DNA from: an uncultured Candidatus Binatia bacterium | Lineage (GTDB): Bacteria > Desulfobacterota > Binatia > HRBIN30 > CADEER01 | Direction: 5' to 3' | Length of the DNA: 64,000 bases | Assembly: GCA_965216585.1 (NCBI GenBank) | Contig: CBDCGC010000002.1 | Location: 483,160-547,159 of the forward strand | Made by a program: the position numbers and the translations under genes | The notes under the pieces: model-generated | Database searches by the model: none | What the model saw: only the letters and a program-made list of their open reading frames with translations | Told to the model about the DNA's origin: nothing | Shown here: positions 63,283-64,000 of the stretch, one piece after another | Position numbering within the stretch: position 1 is the stretch's first letter | Layout of the letters: the number at the start of each line of letters is the position of its first letter

Positions 63283-63642
63283 GAGCCTGAACTACACCAA
63301 TCGCGCCACAGGCGCAGCCAAAGCGCCGCTGCCGTCGTTGCCGGCAAATCTTTCGCCACTGCGCCATGCCAATCTCTTCACAAGGCTCAGCGAATGGTTT
63401 ACAAAGCTCATCAAAGTGCCTGAAATAGTGAATGTTTTGCTACAGATCTTTACATGGCATCTGATTGATAAAGGGTTGGCAACGGCGCTCAAAAGCCTAC
63501 AATGGTCGTAGGTGAGGCACTTGGCAAAGGCAAATTCATACCGGGTGGGGATTCCGCCAATCGAAGAGTGAACAGATGATAGGAACCATCAATCAAGGAG
63601 ACGGCGAGCAAAGAGCCGCTTAGCGCTTCGCTCGCAACACAC

Positions 63643-64000
63643 CATGCCCTCATCGACGACATTCGAAGTCATCGCCCTTTTCGCCGTCGCGGCAATGATC
63701 TGTTGGCCGGCGATCCGCAAGTATTTGCCGCTGCCCAGCGGTGATGGTGGTGGCGACGGCGAACGCGGCCAGCGAGCGCGCTTTGAGCCGCGCAATGCCG
63801 CCGAGCTCCGGCACCAGGTCGAAGCGCCGCCACTGCTGGCCTCGCCGGTGCCCGATGCGGTCTACGACGACGAAGCCGAAACGGCGGCGTCGCCAGCACG
63901 CGTGCCGATGGCCAGCCCACCGAGTGCCGGCGACGGCACCAACGGCAGCGGCGAACGGGCGGTGCTACCGCTGGCCGAGGCATTGCTGCTCGGCGACCGG
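63643..64000 (+). CDS. Hypothetical membrane-anchored protein, 5' part (runs off the window)
   Basis: ATG at 63643, then MPSSTTFEVIALFAVAAMICW (TM) and an acidic Pro/Ala-rich region. No stop before the window end, so absent from the ORF track. Confidence 0.3.

Noticed and set aside
63283-63642. Possible sigma-54 promoter (TGGCAAcggcgCTCAA) upstream of the last partial gene
   Set aside because: The -12 element does not match the TTGC consensus, so it is not supportable.

Overview
High-GC (~68-70%) bacterial chromosomal segment, Myxococcota/deltaproteobacteria-like in style, with abundant PT-rich linkers, lipoproteins and dockerin-like modules. Housekeeping content: the gltX 5' end, a 9.2-kb type I restriction-modification island (hsdR-hsdS-abiEii-abiEi-hsdM, all minus strand) bounded by ~100-bp inverted repeats, acyl-CoA dehydrogenases, uvrD, tusA-like, folK-dapB-dapA-dapF, an arginine operon (argB-D-F-G-H), hslVU-xerC, a DUF35/thiolase pair, enoyl-CoA hydratase, mdh-sucC (no sucD), uvrB, a membrane-fused spermidine-synthase-like protein, MoxR/VWA, two toxin-antitoxin pairs and a dGTPase. 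The most unusual region is 46.2-51.8 kb: a secreted bacterial lysyl oxidase homolog (Cu-binding His triad and LTQ Lys/Tyr contexts conserved), followed by a secreted protein of 18 perfect-period 20-aa Lys-rich repeats (candidate cross-linking substrate) and a secreted 7x Cys-rich repeat protein. Just downstream (51.8-54.8 kb) is a repeat hotspot: a REP-associated tyrosine transposase (RAYT) flanked by inverted REP arrays, plus further hairpin repeat arrays. No rRNA, tRNA or CRISPR was recognised. All homology calls are from motif recognition by eye, not searches.
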